Notes under the pieces: generated by a model
Seen by the model: the letters and a program-made list of their open reading frames with translations, nothing else
The model's database searches: none
Told to the model about the DNA's origin: nothing
Position numbers and translations under genes: made by a program
In this document: in pieces, positions 39,862-50,143 of the stretch
Position numbering within the stretch: the stretch's first letter is position 1
How the letters are laid out: the number at the start of each line of letters is the position of its first letter
Assembly (NCBI GenBank): GCA_964589975.1
Contig: CAZPVH010000004.1
Coordinates: 10,469 to 74,468 of the forward strand
Reading direction: 5' to 3'
DNA: 64,000 nucleotides
Source of the DNA: an uncultured Candidatus Saccharibacteria bacterium
GTDB taxonomy: Bacteria; Patescibacteriota; Minisyncoccia; Phycocordibacterales; CSBR16-119

Positions 39862-39879
39862 ACAAAAATTATTAATAAC

Positions 39880-39911
39880 AGCAAAAAACCCGGATATCCG
39901 GGTTTTTTGCT
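39880..39911 (+). terminator. Intrinsic terminator overlapping the tpiA promoter
   Basis: AGCAAAAAACCCGG-atat-CCGGGTTTTTTGCT. Confidence 0.75.
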
Positions 39912-39923
39912 ACAATGATGTGT

Positions 39924-40697
39924 ATGAAAAAGGACAAGATTTTGATAGTTGGCAATTGGAAGGCGAATCCTGATAGTTTGCGCCTCGCCAAATCTATACT
40001 GAGCGGTTTGCAGAAAGCTTCGGCCAAATCAAAAAACATTGATGTGGTGGTCTGTCCGCCGGTCATCTACCTTGAAAGTCTCCGAAATCAGGCGAGAGGC
40101 ATATCTCTAGGCGCGCAGGATCTCTTCACCGAGCCGAACGGCGCTTTTACCGGTGAAGTCGGTTATGTGTCACTCCTTGAGACAAAGATCAAATATGCCA
40201 TCATTGGTCACTCAGAGCGACGTGAGGCTGGAGAGACAGATGAAGAAATCGGCAAGAAGATAAAAACCGCTCTTTCTGTCGGAATCAGTCCGATTCTATG
40301 CATAGGCGAGAAGTTCCGCGACAAGGACATGTCGTACCTGGGCGTCCTAAAGCAGCAGCTCTTGGTCGCTTTCAAGGAGGTGCCAAAGGCGAAGGTGCGG
40401 AATGTAATTGTAGCCTATGAGCCCGTTTGGGCTATCGGTAAAGGCGCTGAACGTGCAGCTAGGCCGGACGAGATCAAAGAAGTAGTTATATTTATTCGCC
40501 GAGTAGTAGGAGATATGTATAAAACAAGCGCTGTGCCGCCAATCAAGATTATATATGGTGCATCTGTTGATGGAAATAATGCTAAATATATTGTTGAAGA
40601 GAGTGGTGTAGGGGGGCTTCTGGTTGGTCGCGCGAGTTTAGCCCCGAAAGTTTGGGGTGAGATAGTCAAAGCATTGAGCCAAATAAAATATGATTAA
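39924..40697 (+). CDS. tpiA: Triosephosphate isomerase
   Basis: GNWK, GAFTGEV, IGHSERR, AYEPVWAIG. Confidence 0.97.
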   Translation: MKKDKILIVGNWKANPDSLRLAKSILSGLQKASAKSKNIDVVVCPPVIYLESLRNQARGISLGAQDLFTEPNGAFTGEVGYVSLLETKIKYAIIGHSERREAGETDEEIGKKIKTALSVGISPILCIGEKFRDKDMSYLGVLKQQLLVAFKEVPKAKVRNVIVAYEPVWAIGKGAERAARPDEIKEVVIFIRRVVGDMYKTSAVPPIKIIYGASVDGNNAKYIVEESGVGGLLVGRASLAPKVWGEIVKALSQIKYD

Positions 40698-41838
40698 GAA
40701 CCTGCAAGAAGTTAGGAATCTGAAGGATCGGCGCGTCTTAGTGCGTGTTGACTGGAACGTGCCTGTCGGTGATGATGGGCGTGTTGATGAAAGCGAAGCT
40801 TTTCGTGTAACCAAAAGTCTGGAGACCATAAAATATCTTAGGGATTCTGGAGCTAAAACTATTGTCATGAGTCATATTGGGCGGGGCAAGAAGGACTCAC
40901 TTTATCCGGTTGCAGAATATACAAAGAATCTTTTGCCGATTCGCTTTATCGCAACGTGGGACCACGAAGCAATTTTGGGCGCGGTTTCAAACATGTCTGG
41001 CGGAGATGTAATTCTGCTTGAGAATTTACGGCAGAATACTGGAGAAGAAGAGAATAGTGAGAAATTCGCAAGCTTCCTCTCGACTCTCGGAGATATGTAT
41101 GTAAATGAGGCGTTTGCAGTGTCTCATCGCGCGCACGCATCTCTGTCAGCAATCACACAGTATTTGCCTTCCTACGCCGGTCTTTGGCTACAGAAAGAAA
41201 TATCAAATCTCCAGAAAGTTATGCAAGAGCCCGAGCGGCCGTTTCTCTTTATCCTTGGCGGAGCGAAGTTTGATACAAAAATATCTCTTATTAGAAAATT
41301 TGAAGGCGTTGCCGACGAGATATTCATTGGGGGTGCTTTGGCGAATAATTTTTTTAAGCGCCTTGGGATGGAGATAGGGAAGTCTTTGGTGGATGATTCC
41401 GAGGACACGACCGAATTTTTTCACAAAGATCATGTGAGTATTCCGTTTGACGTTATAGTGAAACCGGAAAATAAAAGCATCGAACTTCCATTAATTCAAA
41501 AAACGGACACCATAGTTGATATTGGGGCTGAAACCCTTGTAGAGCTTAAAAAGAAAATTTCGAATGCTAAGACTATCCTCTGGAATGGGCCGCTTGGTTT
41601 ATACGAAGAAGGTTTTGACGGCTCAAGTAAGTCTATATTAGAAGCAATCGGTGAGTCAGGAGCTTTTTCTGTAATTGGAGGAGGGGATACGGTGAAGCTT
41701 GTGATGGAGCTTGGATTAGAAGACAAACTGTCATTTGTTTCAACCGGTGGAGGGGCTATGCTCGAGTTTCTGGGTGCAGGAACACTGCCTGGAATTCAAG
41801 CCCTCGATCAAGATGGTCAGATTTCCACAGACGAATAA
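40690..41838 (+). CDS. pgk: Phosphoglycerate kinase
   Basis: RVDWNVP, LLENLR, LGGAK, WNGPLG, STGGGAMLEFL. Confidence 0.97.
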   Translation: MIKNLQEVRNLKDRRVLVRVDWNVPVGDDGRVDESEAFRVTKSLETIKYLRDSGAKTIVMSHIGRGKKDSLYPVAEYTKNLLPIRFIATWDHEAILGAVSNMSGGDVILLENLRQNTGEEENSEKFASFLSTLGDMYVNEAFAVSHRAHASLSAITQYLPSYAGLWLQKEISNLQKVMQEPERPFLFILGGAKFDTKISLIRKFEGVADEIFIGGALANNFFKRLGMEIGKSLVDDSEDTTEFFHKDHVSIPFDVIVKPENKSIELPLIQKTDTIVDIGAETLVELKKKISNAKTILWNGPLGLYEEGFDGSSKSILEAIGESGAFSVIGGGDTVKLVMELGLEDKLSFVSTGGGAMLEFLGAGTLPGIQALDQDGQISTDE

Positions 41839-41892
41839 TTTAAGTAGGTTTATAATGTAAGAAGCTTATTTTTAACAACAAGTCTATTTATT

Positions 41893-42630
41893 ATGAAAAA
41901 GAAGAATCTATTAACAGAACGTCGGATGCTCATTGGTCTCATCGCCCTCTTGTTTGTGATGGGCTTCATCCATACCATGGGAATTCTAACACTTACGAAC
42001 AAACTTGGTAGCCGCGTAGACTTATCGACGCAGACAGCCCAGGTCGCCACACTTAGTATCTGTTTGCAAATAACACCGGCATACAATATTACTACTACTG
42101 GAGAAATTCTCGGTTGGGATGGTGGCCCTGGTGTAGCTCAGCATATGTATTGGAACATTAAAAACCTTTGTTCTACCAATATTAGAATAATTAATGTTGC
42201 TAATTTGAACATATCAGAGCCAAATTTGTTCACTGTTCAAGCAAGAAATCAAAATGGCTCAATAGTTCCAATTTTAGGCTCAGGTTTATCAACCTACGGA
42301 ATAGGTGCTTATTATGAGTTTGTTAACTGTGCAACATGTAGTAACACATGGGTTCCTTCAACAGTACCAAATTCTAATTATCAAATATCTACCTCTGTTA
42401 TTCCTCCACAAGCGACGCGTTTAATTGATTTGTCTGCGGTTTACTCTAGGGGCGGCTCAGGTTCAGATGCTCCGATAAGAATTGCTCCTAAAGCTATAAA
42501 GTGGGTCATGGAAAGTTCTGTAGCTGATAACAATATTTCTGCAACTGATATATTGACCACTCAAGTTGGTACAACGAATGCTAATTATTGGGCACCGGAT
42601 TTCATCGATGCTGATAATTATGTTAACTAG
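41893..42630 (+). CDS. Membrane-anchored hypothetical protein with AT-rich codon usage
   Basis: N-terminal TM, Asn/Thr/Ser-rich. Confidence 0.7.
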   Translation: MKKKNLLTERRMLIGLIALLFVMGFIHTMGILTLTNKLGSRVDLSTQTAQVATLSICLQITPAYNITTTGEILGWDGGPGVAQHMYWNIKNLCSTNIRIINVANLNISEPNLFTVQARNQNGSIVPILGSGLSTYGIGAYYEFVNCATCSNTWVPSTVPNSNYQISTSVIPPQATRLIDLSAVYSRGGSGSDAPIRIAPKAIKWVMESSVADNNISATDILTTQVGTTNANYWAPDFIDADNYVN

Positions 42631-42647
42631 GTATTAAAACAAATGAC

Positions 42648-42673
42648 AAGGCCCTCTCGTTCGAGAGGGCCTT
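42648..42673. terminator. Bidirectional terminator
   Basis: AAGGCCCTCTC-gttc-GAGAGGGCCTT. Confidence 0.8.
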
Positions 42674-42697
42674 TCATTTTTACGCCTTAGGGGCGCT

Positions 42698-43711
42698 TTA
42701 GCGTTTTGTGATCGTGCGGGCTGTTCCGTCCTGGAACCGGACAACATAGTTGCCAGGGATGAAAGACGTTCCGTCGATTGCTCCGCTGTTGTCAGTTTGT
42801 CCGGTCCAGACAACGCGTCCATTCATGTCGGTTACAACTGCCGATTTCGAGACGGTTGTGACCCGGCACTTGTCGAAGAATGGATTCGGGTATGACTGGA
42901 AGCTGTTGGTGACAACTTCTTCCGTGCTCGTGCTCATGTCGCCTGCCAGGAAGCAGTCGGACTCAGTGGTTACAATGACCGCGGAGAACGATGTGCCAAA
43001 GCCGATGTCAGCGAGACCGTTCTCACTATGGAGCAGTCGAAGCTCGATCTTGAGATCGGTGGGGAGGCCATCGTAGATGAAGCTGAAGCTGTAGTGGTCC
43101 GATGTGTTCCAGTACTGCTCTTGCTGTTGCGATTCCAGGACTTCGAGCGTTGCGCAGTTGATCAGTCGGGCTTCCACGAAGGAGCGTTTCTGTCCGCAGT
43201 CATTGTAGACCGTGGATGCGATATTCCAATCGAGAGCGTGAACCTGACAGCAAACCTGTCCAACGATGGCAGTCGGTGCTTCCTCGAAGTCGAAGATGAC
43301 CGGAGTATTGTAGACCTGAGCCCAGGTTTCTGAGCCGTTGGTATTAGTGCCAGCGCACCAGACGTATTGACCGTTTTCGATCGTGAAGAGATCGAGAACT
43401 ACCGAAGCGAACTCGTAGCTCGCATTTGGCACCATCGGTACGTATGTCACCGACATGGTGTCCAGTCCCGGGGAGTCGATGAAGTAGTTGGTCGTGGTCG
43501 GCTGACCATTGATGGTCGCTACGACAACTTTCGGGTTGTTATCCGACCATTCGGTGCTGAAGACGACGAGAACTTCACCGGCTTTGTAGCAGATAGGGCC
43601 GATGTTTTGGCCGGCTTGGCACTGCCAGTCGAGTATGTCGACCGAAGAGGCAAGGGAAGTTCCCACGCTAACACTGGCGCAAAACGCTAAAGTGACGAAG
43701 AGCTTGTTCAT
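42698..43711 (-). CDS. Secreted protein with T9SS type A sorting domain-like C-terminus
   Basis: Signal peptide; SYPNPF...DMNGRVV...PGNYVVRF...RTITKR. Confidence 0.75.
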   Translation of the reverse strand: MNKLFVTLAFCASVSVGTSLASSVDILDWQCQAGQNIGPICYKAGEVLVVFSTEWSDNNPKVVVATINGQPTTTNYFIDSPGLDTMSVTYVPMVPNASYEFASVVLDLFTIENGQYVWCAGTNTNGSETWAQVYNTPVIFDFEEAPTAIVGQVCCQVHALDWNIASTVYNDCGQKRSFVEARLINCATLEVLESQQQEQYWNTSDHYSFSFIYDGLPTDLKIELRLLHSENGLADIGFGTSFSAVIVTTESDCFLAGDMSTSTEEVVTNSFQSYPNPFFDKCRVTTVSKSAVVTDMNGRVVWTGQTDNSGAIDGTSFIPGNYVVRFQDGTARTITKR

Positions 43712-43766
43712 GGGTTATGGTTGTTTTTCTGAATATTACCATGAAAGCCTATAAAAGTCAAATTGG

Positions 43767-43925
43767 GCTCCCCAGAATGTGTTATTTGGGATTCTGCGAG
43801 ACGCCCGCCAGCCTTCCTCCGAGCACTCGGAAGGCTCATGAAGCACTAGTAGGCGGGCGCCCTCACGGCCTGTGCGCAGGCCTGCGGGTTCGTTCTCGAA
43901 TCCCAAAAAACACATTCTGCTTCGC
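43767..43925 (+). repeat. GCTCCGC-family structured repeat (full copy)
   Basis: 22-bp IR 43773-43794/43898-43919 with one mismatch; inner GCCCGCC/GGCGGGC; CCTCACG...CTGCGGGTTCGTTCTCG. Confidence 0.8.
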
Positions 43926-43939
43926 TGGAAGGGGGGAGA

Positions 43940-44338
43940 TTAGAGATTAGCCTTTATTTTTTCAGCAAATTCAGACATTTCACCGGTTGAGTCATATGAT
44001 ACTTCCGGGCGAGTTGATATGTGCACCTCGCTTTCGTTGTAGCGTGGGATGAGATGGATATGGAAATGTGGTACCTCATTACCAACAACGCCAATTTGGA
44101 CATAATCGCATGGTATTCCTGAACGCATCGCATTTATAATCTCCTTGGCTTTGATGAAAATTTCTCCTACGAGCTCGTCGGGGGCTTCATGAATCCATGT
44201 GTAATGTGCCTTTGGTATTAATAGGGTGTGACCTTTTGTAACTGGGTGAATGTCCAAAAATGCCAAGAATTTTTCATCCTCGTAAACCTTTGTCGCAGGG
44301 ATCTCCCCATCGATTATCTTCTCGAATATCGTTTTCAT
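43940..44338 (-). CDS. HIT family hydrolase
   Basis: IFEKIIDGEIP, AFLDIHP..GHTL, VPHFHIHLIPR. Confidence 0.95.
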   Translation of the reverse strand: MKTIFEKIIDGEIPATKVYEDEKFLAFLDIHPVTKGHTLLIPKAHYTWIHEAPDELVGEIFIKAKEIINAMRSGIPCDYVQIGVVGNEVPHFHIHLIPRYNESEVHISTRPEVSYDSTGEMSEFAEKIKANL

Positions 44339-44370
44339 AGTCACATTTTATCACATGTTATACTTGGCAA

Positions 44371-46071
44371 ATGTCTTTAAAGGAAATCCCCACCGAAATT
44401 GAAAATGAGCTCGTAAAATACCCGCCTCTCACGAGGCGTCTATTGTGGAATAGGGGAATAACTTCTGCGGATGAAGCGGAAGAGTTTATGAATCCTTCTT
44501 ACGAGCAGCATATTCATGATCCTTTTCTCATGAAGAGTCTCGAAAGGGGTGTTGATCAGATTTACACGGCTATAAAAGCTGACCAGAAGATTTGTATCTT
44601 TGCGGACTATGACTGCGACGGAATTCCTGGAGCTGTGATGTGGGATGATTTCTTTAAGAAAATCAATTTTACAAATTACCAGATATATATTCCTGATAGA
44701 CATAAAGAAGGGTACGGACTCGGCATGGAATCTATCAAAGAGATTTATGAAGCTGGCGCGAAGCTTCTCATCACACTTGATCTCGGGATTACCGCCGTAG
44801 AAGAAGTCGAATATGCGAAAACTTTGGGACTCCCTATAATTATTACTGATCACCACCTTCCTCAGGAAAAATTACCAGATACCTTGATTATTAATCCCAA
44901 ACAAAAGGGTGATACTTATCCGGATAACATGCTATGTGGTTCGGGCGTAGCTTTTAAAGTAATCCAAGGCTTTATCAAGAAGTATGGAGATGAATTTCAG
45001 ATTCCGGCAGGGTTCGATAAGTGGTTGCTCGACATGGCAGGACTTGCAACGCTCGCAGATATGGTGCCACTACGACATGAAAATAGGGCTATCGCCCACT
45101 TCGGACTTAAGGTTCTCAGAAAAACTCGCCGCCCGGGACTACTTCGGCTCCTCCGGAAAGTAAATGTCGACCCGCAGAATTTGCAGGAAGACGATGTTAC
45201 TTTTTCTATATGCCCGAAACTTAACGCCGCGAGTCGAATGGACTCGCCCATGCGCGCATTTGAACTCCTGGCCGCTCCCGAAGAATCTTCGGCGGCGCTT
45301 CACGCAGATCACCTCATAAAGATAAATGACGAGCGAAAACTTCTTGTCGCGCACATCATGAAGTCAGTTAAGAAAACTTTTAGTCATGAATCGAGAAGCC
45401 AGAAAGCAGTAATTGTTATCGGTGATCCGACATGGCGCGTTGGGGTCCTTGGGCTCGTGGCGGGTAAGATTGTCGACGAATACAAGCGCCCAGCATTCGT
45501 TTGGGGGCTCGAAGGCGGAACGGTGATCAAGGGATCATGTCGTTCGGACGGGACTATGAACTTGGTGGAGATGATGGCGCATTTGCCCGACGGCAGCCTT
45601 CTTGATTTCGGCGGACATGCAGGCGCCGGGGGGTTCTCGGTCACACACGAAGGGATTCATTTTTTGGAAGAGCGCCTCATTGAAGCGCATGGAAAGACGA
45701 AGAAAATTATTATTGATTCTGAAGAAAAAAACTTTGACGACAAACTATCGCTAGACGATGTGAATGCGCGAACCTTTATGGAAATTGATAAGCTCGCGCC
45801 ATTCGGGGTAGGGAATCCGAAGCCGGTATTTATGTTCGAAAACATTTTGATCGACGAAGTAAAGATCTTTGGCAAAGCCAAGGATCATTTAGAGCTCGCC
45901 TTCAAAGACTCACGTGGCGGACGAGTAAAAGCGATCGCCTTTTTTAAGAAACCTGAGGATTACGGAGACAAAATCTCGGTAGGAAAGAAAATAAATCTCC
46001 TCGCCAACATTGAAAAATCTATCTTTGGCTGGAAACAGGAAATCCGTCTTCGGATATCAGACATATCCTAA
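44371..46071 (+). CDS. recJ: ssDNA-specific exonuclease RecJ
   Basis: DYDCDG, ITDHH, GSCRS, GGHAGAGG, LAPFGVGNPKP. Confidence 0.95.
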   Translation: MSLKEIPTEIENELVKYPPLTRRLLWNRGITSADEAEEFMNPSYEQHIHDPFLMKSLERGVDQIYTAIKADQKICIFADYDCDGIPGAVMWDDFFKKINFTNYQIYIPDRHKEGYGLGMESIKEIYEAGAKLLITLDLGITAVEEVEYAKTLGLPIIITDHHLPQEKLPDTLIINPKQKGDTYPDNMLCGSGVAFKVIQGFIKKYGDEFQIPAGFDKWLLDMAGLATLADMVPLRHENRAIAHFGLKVLRKTRRPGLLRLLRKVNVDPQNLQEDDVTFSICPKLNAASRMDSPMRAFELLAAPEESSAALHADHLIKINDERKLLVAHIMKSVKKTFSHESRSQKAVIVIGDPTWRVGVLGLVAGKIVDEYKRPAFVWGLEGGTVIKGSCRSDGTMNLVEMMAHLPDGSLLDFGGHAGAGGFSVTHEGIHFLEERLIEAHGKTKKIIIDSEEKNFDDKLSLDDVNARTFMEIDKLAPFGVGNPKPVFMFENILIDEVKIFGKAKDHLELAFKDSRGGRVKAIAFFKKPEDYGDKISVGKKINLLANIEKSIFGWKQEIRLRISDIS

Positions 46072-46106
46072 AGATTTGGTGATAGAATAAGAAAAAACAA
46101 ACGCAA

Positions 46107-46478
46107 ATGAGGATTATTTTGCTCGCTCTTTCGCTTAGTATCGCGATGAGCGTATCTGCCCAGCTTACTTTCGGGTATCCGGAAGATCGAGACACGATTC
46201 TGCCTTCGTTCGGAACTTTGGCAGAAAACTCGGTTTACGAATATTTGAAGACTTCGCCCGCCTTACCGGAAGGGTGGACAATCCTTTCTGTTTCACCGGT
46301 CACGATAAAGATGTGGTCTGTTCATGCCGGTTGGGACATCATCTCGCTCGATCCGGCCGAGGGAGGGGCCAGAGGATTTCTTTATGATTTTAGCTGGAAC
46401 GCCACAGAACTCCCGGATTCGACAATCGAATCTCGTCTCGTGGAAATCCTTGTTCACAAAGAGAAAAGCCCCCGCTAG
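46107..46478 (+). CDS. Small secreted hypothetical protein
   Basis: Signal peptide ending VSA-Q; own terminator. Confidence 0.65.
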   Translation: MRIILLALSLSIAMSVSAQLTFGYPEDRDTILPSFGTLAENSVYEYLKTSPALPEGWTILSVSPVTIKMWSVHAGWDIISLDPAEGGARGFLYDFSWNATELPDSTIESRLVEILVHKEKSPR

Positions 46479-46489
46479 GGGGCCTTTCA

Positions 46490-46837
46490 TTATTTAGTGA
46501 CTGAGTCGAAGATTCTCTTGAAAGCTTCAGGATGATTCTTGGCGATGTCTGCTAAAACCTTTCGATCGAGTCCAACTTTTTTCTTGTTGAGGGCCTCGAT
46601 GAAGCGAGAGTATGTCATGCCGAGAGGTCGGACAGCGGCGTTAATCTTTGCTTGCCAGAGAGCGCGAGCGTCAGCCTTCTTGTCCTTTCGGTGGGCGAAA
46701 GCGTGGGCTCCGGCATGTTTGATGGCAACCTTTGCCTCGCGCTCCTTTGTTGATCGTCCAAAACGATAGCCTTTGACTTTCGCCAAGACATTCTTGCGCC
46801 TCTTCAGGGAAATTGTTCCTCGTTTTACTCTTGCCAT
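46490..46837 (-). CDS. rplT: 50S ribosomal protein L20
   Basis: MARVKRG, LW..INAA, DRKVLADIA. Confidence 0.97.
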   Translation of the reverse strand: MARVKRGTISLKRRKNVLAKVKGYRFGRSTKEREAKVAIKHAGAHAFAHRKDKKADARALWQAKINAAVRPLGMTYSRFIEALNKKKVGLDRKVLADIAKNHPEAFKRIFDSVTK

Positions 46838-46840
46838 ATA

Positions 46841-47074
46841 TTATTTGCTAGCTTCTGTACTGGTAACCTTTGGCTTTCTGATGCGGATGTTCGTGTGAGG
46901 GAAGTATCGGGCGCGATCCTTGTTTGAAAGGCGGAAGTCGATACCTACTTTGCCCTGGAGCTGCTTGCGGCGCTTCTGCTTTGCATTGAAATGGTTAAAG
47001 CCCGGCTTTCGCGCTTTGAGCTTGCCGTTCTTTGTCACCTTTATTCTTTTTGTTAGTGATTTCTTCGTTTTCAT
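46841..47074 (-). CDS. rpmI: 50S ribosomal protein L35
   Basis: MKTKKSLTKRIKVTKNGK; lies between infC and rplT. Confidence 0.92.
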   Translation of the reverse strand: MKTKKSLTKRIKVTKNGKLKARKPGFNHFNAKQKRRKQLQGKVGIDFRLSNKDRARYFPHTNIRIRKPKVTSTEASK

Positions 47075-47080
47075 AAAATA

Positions 47081-47599
47081 TTATTGATTCTTCTTTGTGA
47101 GGTCTCTTTCGAGCGTCGCCGCAACTCCTCGTGGGCTCGGCTTTACCGCTTCGGCGATTTTGAAATTCGTGGTGATGAGCTCAAGGATTCTTTCTAGGCG
47201 CTCCTTCTTGAAATTCATTTCGCTGTACTTTGCGCGTCCTACGAGATAGAGCTCAACTTTGACCCGGTGACCTTCCTCGAGCCACTCGGATGCTTTTCTC
47301 GCCTTGAGAGCCAGGTCGGCCGGTCCGGTCGCGATCTTTATTTGGATCGATTTCGTCTCGGTCTTGTGGGCTTTCGCCTTCACTTCCTTGGCCTTCTTTT
47401 TTTGCTCGTACTCGAATTTACCATAATCCATTATTTTTGCAATGGGCGGCACGGCATTTGGAGAAATCTCGATAAGATCGAGTCCTCGTTCCTCGGCGAG
47501 AGCAATAGCGTCGCGGGTTTTAATGACCGTAGACGATTCGCCATCGACAAGCCTGACTTCGAGTGAGCGTATTTCGTTATTTATTCTGTTTCGTATCAA
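47081..47599 (-). CDS. infC: Translation initiation factor IF-3 (non-AUG start)
   Basis: INNEIR..EVRL, LDLIEISPNA.PPIAKIMDYGKF; no in-frame ATG before the domain. Confidence 0.95.
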   Translation of the reverse strand: MIRNRINNEIRSLEVRLVDGESSTVIKTRDAIALAEERGLDLIEISPNAVPPIAKIMDYGKFEYEQKKKAKEVKAKAHKTETKSIQIKIATGPADLALKARKASEWLEEGHRVKVELYLVGRAKYSEMNFKKERLERILELITTNFKIAEAVKPSPRGVAATLERDLTKKNQ

Positions 47600-47730
47600 A
47601 TTGATGTAGCAATAAGCAAAAGATTATTGGTGAGGCGATTGTAGCTTGAAAAATAAGGGAAGTCAATGAGAATCAGCGATATTATTGACAAATTAAAAAT
47701 TAAAGGTAATGTTCGAACAAAACAGATCCA

Positions 47731-48246
47731 ATGAAAAAGACGATTTTCGGAATCATCGCCATACTGGCGATCGGTTGCACTACCGCCCCAACGGACGTAT
47801 TGCAGAGCAATGCTTTGCCAAAGACACCTGATGCTGATCAGGCTTCTCGTGTGATGGGCCCGCATGGTTGCGGTCCGCTCGGTAACGCCAAGGTGGAGCA
47901 GTATTCGGACGATGCCCGCATCATTGAGACCATTGGCTGTATGGCTCGCGCAGTGCCACTGAATGATAAATGGCATGACACAATCTATGTGAACGTTTGC
48001 GATATGTATTGGCCAGAAGATGAGGCGCTGCCTGATCTGAGTCCCGGCGCAACGATTCACATATGCGCCATGCGTTATGTGAAGGAAGACGAGAGAGGAC
48101 ATGAATTAGAAAGCAAGACGCCTTGGGAATACGTACTTTGGTACAGTATCCCGGGCCCGCTTGCTGCCACTGACAAGAAATTCGATATCAAGCTGGAGTC
48201 GGCCAAAAGCTTGGTGGCCCCGATCGATTCGATCACTTTCCGATGA
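47731..48246 (+). CDS. Putative lipoprotein
   Basis: LAIG-C lipobox; own TTGACA promoter and terminator at 48264-48290. Confidence 0.7.
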   Translation: MKKTIFGIIAILAIGCTTAPTDVLQSNALPKTPDADQASRVMGPHGCGPLGNAKVEQYSDDARIIETIGCMARAVPLNDKWHDTIYVNVCDMYWPEDEALPDLSPGATIHICAMRYVKEDERGHELESKTPWEYVLWYSIPGPLAATDKKFDIKLESAKSLVAPIDSITFR

Positions 48247-48499
48247 CCACCCGTTCCTTTCTTGAAAGCCCCGCGTGAGCGGGGCTTTTTCGCTCCTAAA
48301 TACTTGACTCCACGAAACTTCTCATATAGTATGACCGTAACGCCGAAGTGAAGACTCCTGTCGTATGTCCCGCCAGTCTGGTGGGCTCAATTTTTCAGGA
48401 CTTTGCTCGGACTATTATAAAAATTAGGATGTTGACTGCTTTAATCCCTTTTGCGCGTTCTCGCGGACGGAGGTTAGGACAGCCAACCAATGTAATTAT

Positions 48500-49702
48500 A
48501 TGGCAGAAGTATTTGATAGAAGTAAGCCGCACGTAAACATTGGTACTATCGGTCACGTTGACCATGGTAAGACCACTCTTACGGCGTCTATTTTGCATGT
48601 TTTAGACATGAATAAGGCCGCTGGCTACGGAGCCCGCGTCGAGGGAATCGATGGTATTGATAACGCGCCTGAGGAAAAGGCTCGTGGTATTACTATCGCC
48701 CTTCACCACTCAGAGTACTGGACACCAAACAGGCACTACGCCCACATCGATGCCCCAGGACACGCTGACTACATTAAGAACATGATCACCGGTGCCGCTC
48801 AGATGGACGGCGCGATCCTCGTCGTGGCTGCTACAGACGGCGCCATGCCACAGACTCGCGAACACGTTCTCCTTGCAAAGCAGGTTGGTGTTCCAAAGAT
48901 GATTGTCTTCTTGAACAAAGTAGACATGGTTGATGACAAGGACATGGTTGATCTAGTCGAAGAAGAAATCCGAGAGCTTCTCACGAAGAACGGTTTCGAC
49001 GGCGCAAACACTCCGGTTATCAAGGGGTCAGGTCTCAAGGCTCTTGAAGCCAAGGATCCTTCTGATGAATGGGCTCAGAAAGTTTTGGAGCTCATGAACA
49101 CAGTTGATACATACATCCCGAATCCAGTTCGAGACACTGAGAAGCCATTCCTTATGCCTATCGAGGATATCTTCTCAATTGAAGGCCGCGGAACTGTTGT
49201 TACCGGTAAAATCGAACGAGGTATTGTAAAGGTTGGCGAGGACGTCGAGATTGTTGGTATCAAGCCAACAGCAAAGACGACTGTCACAGGAATTGAGATG
49301 TTCAACAAGCAGCTTTCAGAGGGTATGGCTGGCGACAACGCTGGTATCCTCCTCCGAGGCGCGAAGAAGGAAGACGTTCACCGAGGTCAGGTCCTCGCGA
49401 AAGTTGGTTCAGTTACTCCACACACTGATTTCGAGTGCGAAGTCTACATCTTGAAGAAAGAAGAAGGCGGCCGACACACTCCATTCTTCAAAGGCTACAA
49501 ACCTCAGTTCTACATCCGAACAACTGACGTCACTGGTGATGTTACTATCCCAGAGGGAACAGAGATGGTTATGCCTGGAGATACAGTTAAGCTAACGGTT
49601 TCTCTCGTAGCGCCGGTCGCTATGGAAGACCAGATGCGTTTCGCTATCCGTGAGGGTGGTAAGACTGTCGGTGCCGGAGTCGTTACAAAGATCATCAAAT
49701 AA
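48500..49702 (+). CDS. tuf: Elongation factor Tu
   Basis: [39 protein letters not shown]. Confidence 0.99.
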   Translation: MAEVFDRSKPHVNIGTIGHVDHGKTTLTASILHVLDMNKAAGYGARVEGIDGIDNAPEEKARGITIALHHSEYWTPNRHYAHIDAPGHADYIKNMITGAAQMDGAILVVAATDGAMPQTREHVLLAKQVGVPKMIVFLNKVDMVDDKDMVDLVEEEIRELLTKNGFDGANTPVIKGSGLKALEAKDPSDEWAQKVLELMNTVDTYIPNPVRDTEKPFLMPIEDIFSIEGRGTVVTGKIERGIVKVGEDVEIVGIKPTAKTTVTGIEMFNKQLSEGMAGDNAGILLRGAKKEDVHRGQVLAKVGSVTPHTDFECEVYILKKEEGGRHTPFFKGYKPQFYIRTTDVTGDVTIPEGTEMVMPGDTVKLTVSLVAPVAMEDQMRFAIREGGKTVGAGVVTKIIK

Positions 49703-49727
49703 TACGACCCACTTATAGCTCATTAAT

Positions 49728-50078
49728 ATGGCAACCAAAAAAGCACAATCAAAAACAGCTAAAAAAACAGACTCTGTGATGTTACGGATCCGGGTCAGGG
49801 CTTACGAGAATAAGATTCTTGATAATTCTGTTAAACAGATTATCGATACCGCGCTTCGTCATGATGCAGGTATCCTCGGCCCTGTTCCGCTTCCAACAGA
49901 GATTAAGAAATACACGGTGAACGCCAGCCCTTTCGTTTACAAAGATGCGCGAGAACAATTCGAGATACGAACGCACAAGCGACTCATCGATATCTTGAAC
50001 CCATCTGCGAAGACGATAGAAGCACTCACGAACTTGAACCTCCCATCCGGAGTAGAGATCGACGTGAAGATGGTCTAA
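49728..50078 (+). CDS. rpsJ: 30S ribosomal protein S10
   Basis: [22 protein letters not shown]. Confidence 0.97.
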   Translation: MATKKAQSKTAKKTDSVMLRIRVRAYENKILDNSVKQIIDTALRHDAGILGPVPLPTEIKKYTVNASPFVYKDAREQFEIRTHKRLIDILNPSAKTIEALTNLNLPSGVEIDVKMV

Positions 50079-50143
50079 CTGTATAGCTACAATGCCCTTT
50101 TAAAAGAGACGCCTTGTCAGGCGCTCTTGGGTAACTTAACTAT

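Noticed and set aside
47081-47599. Non-AUG start of infC as a novelty
   Set aside because: Well-established autoregulatory feature of infC
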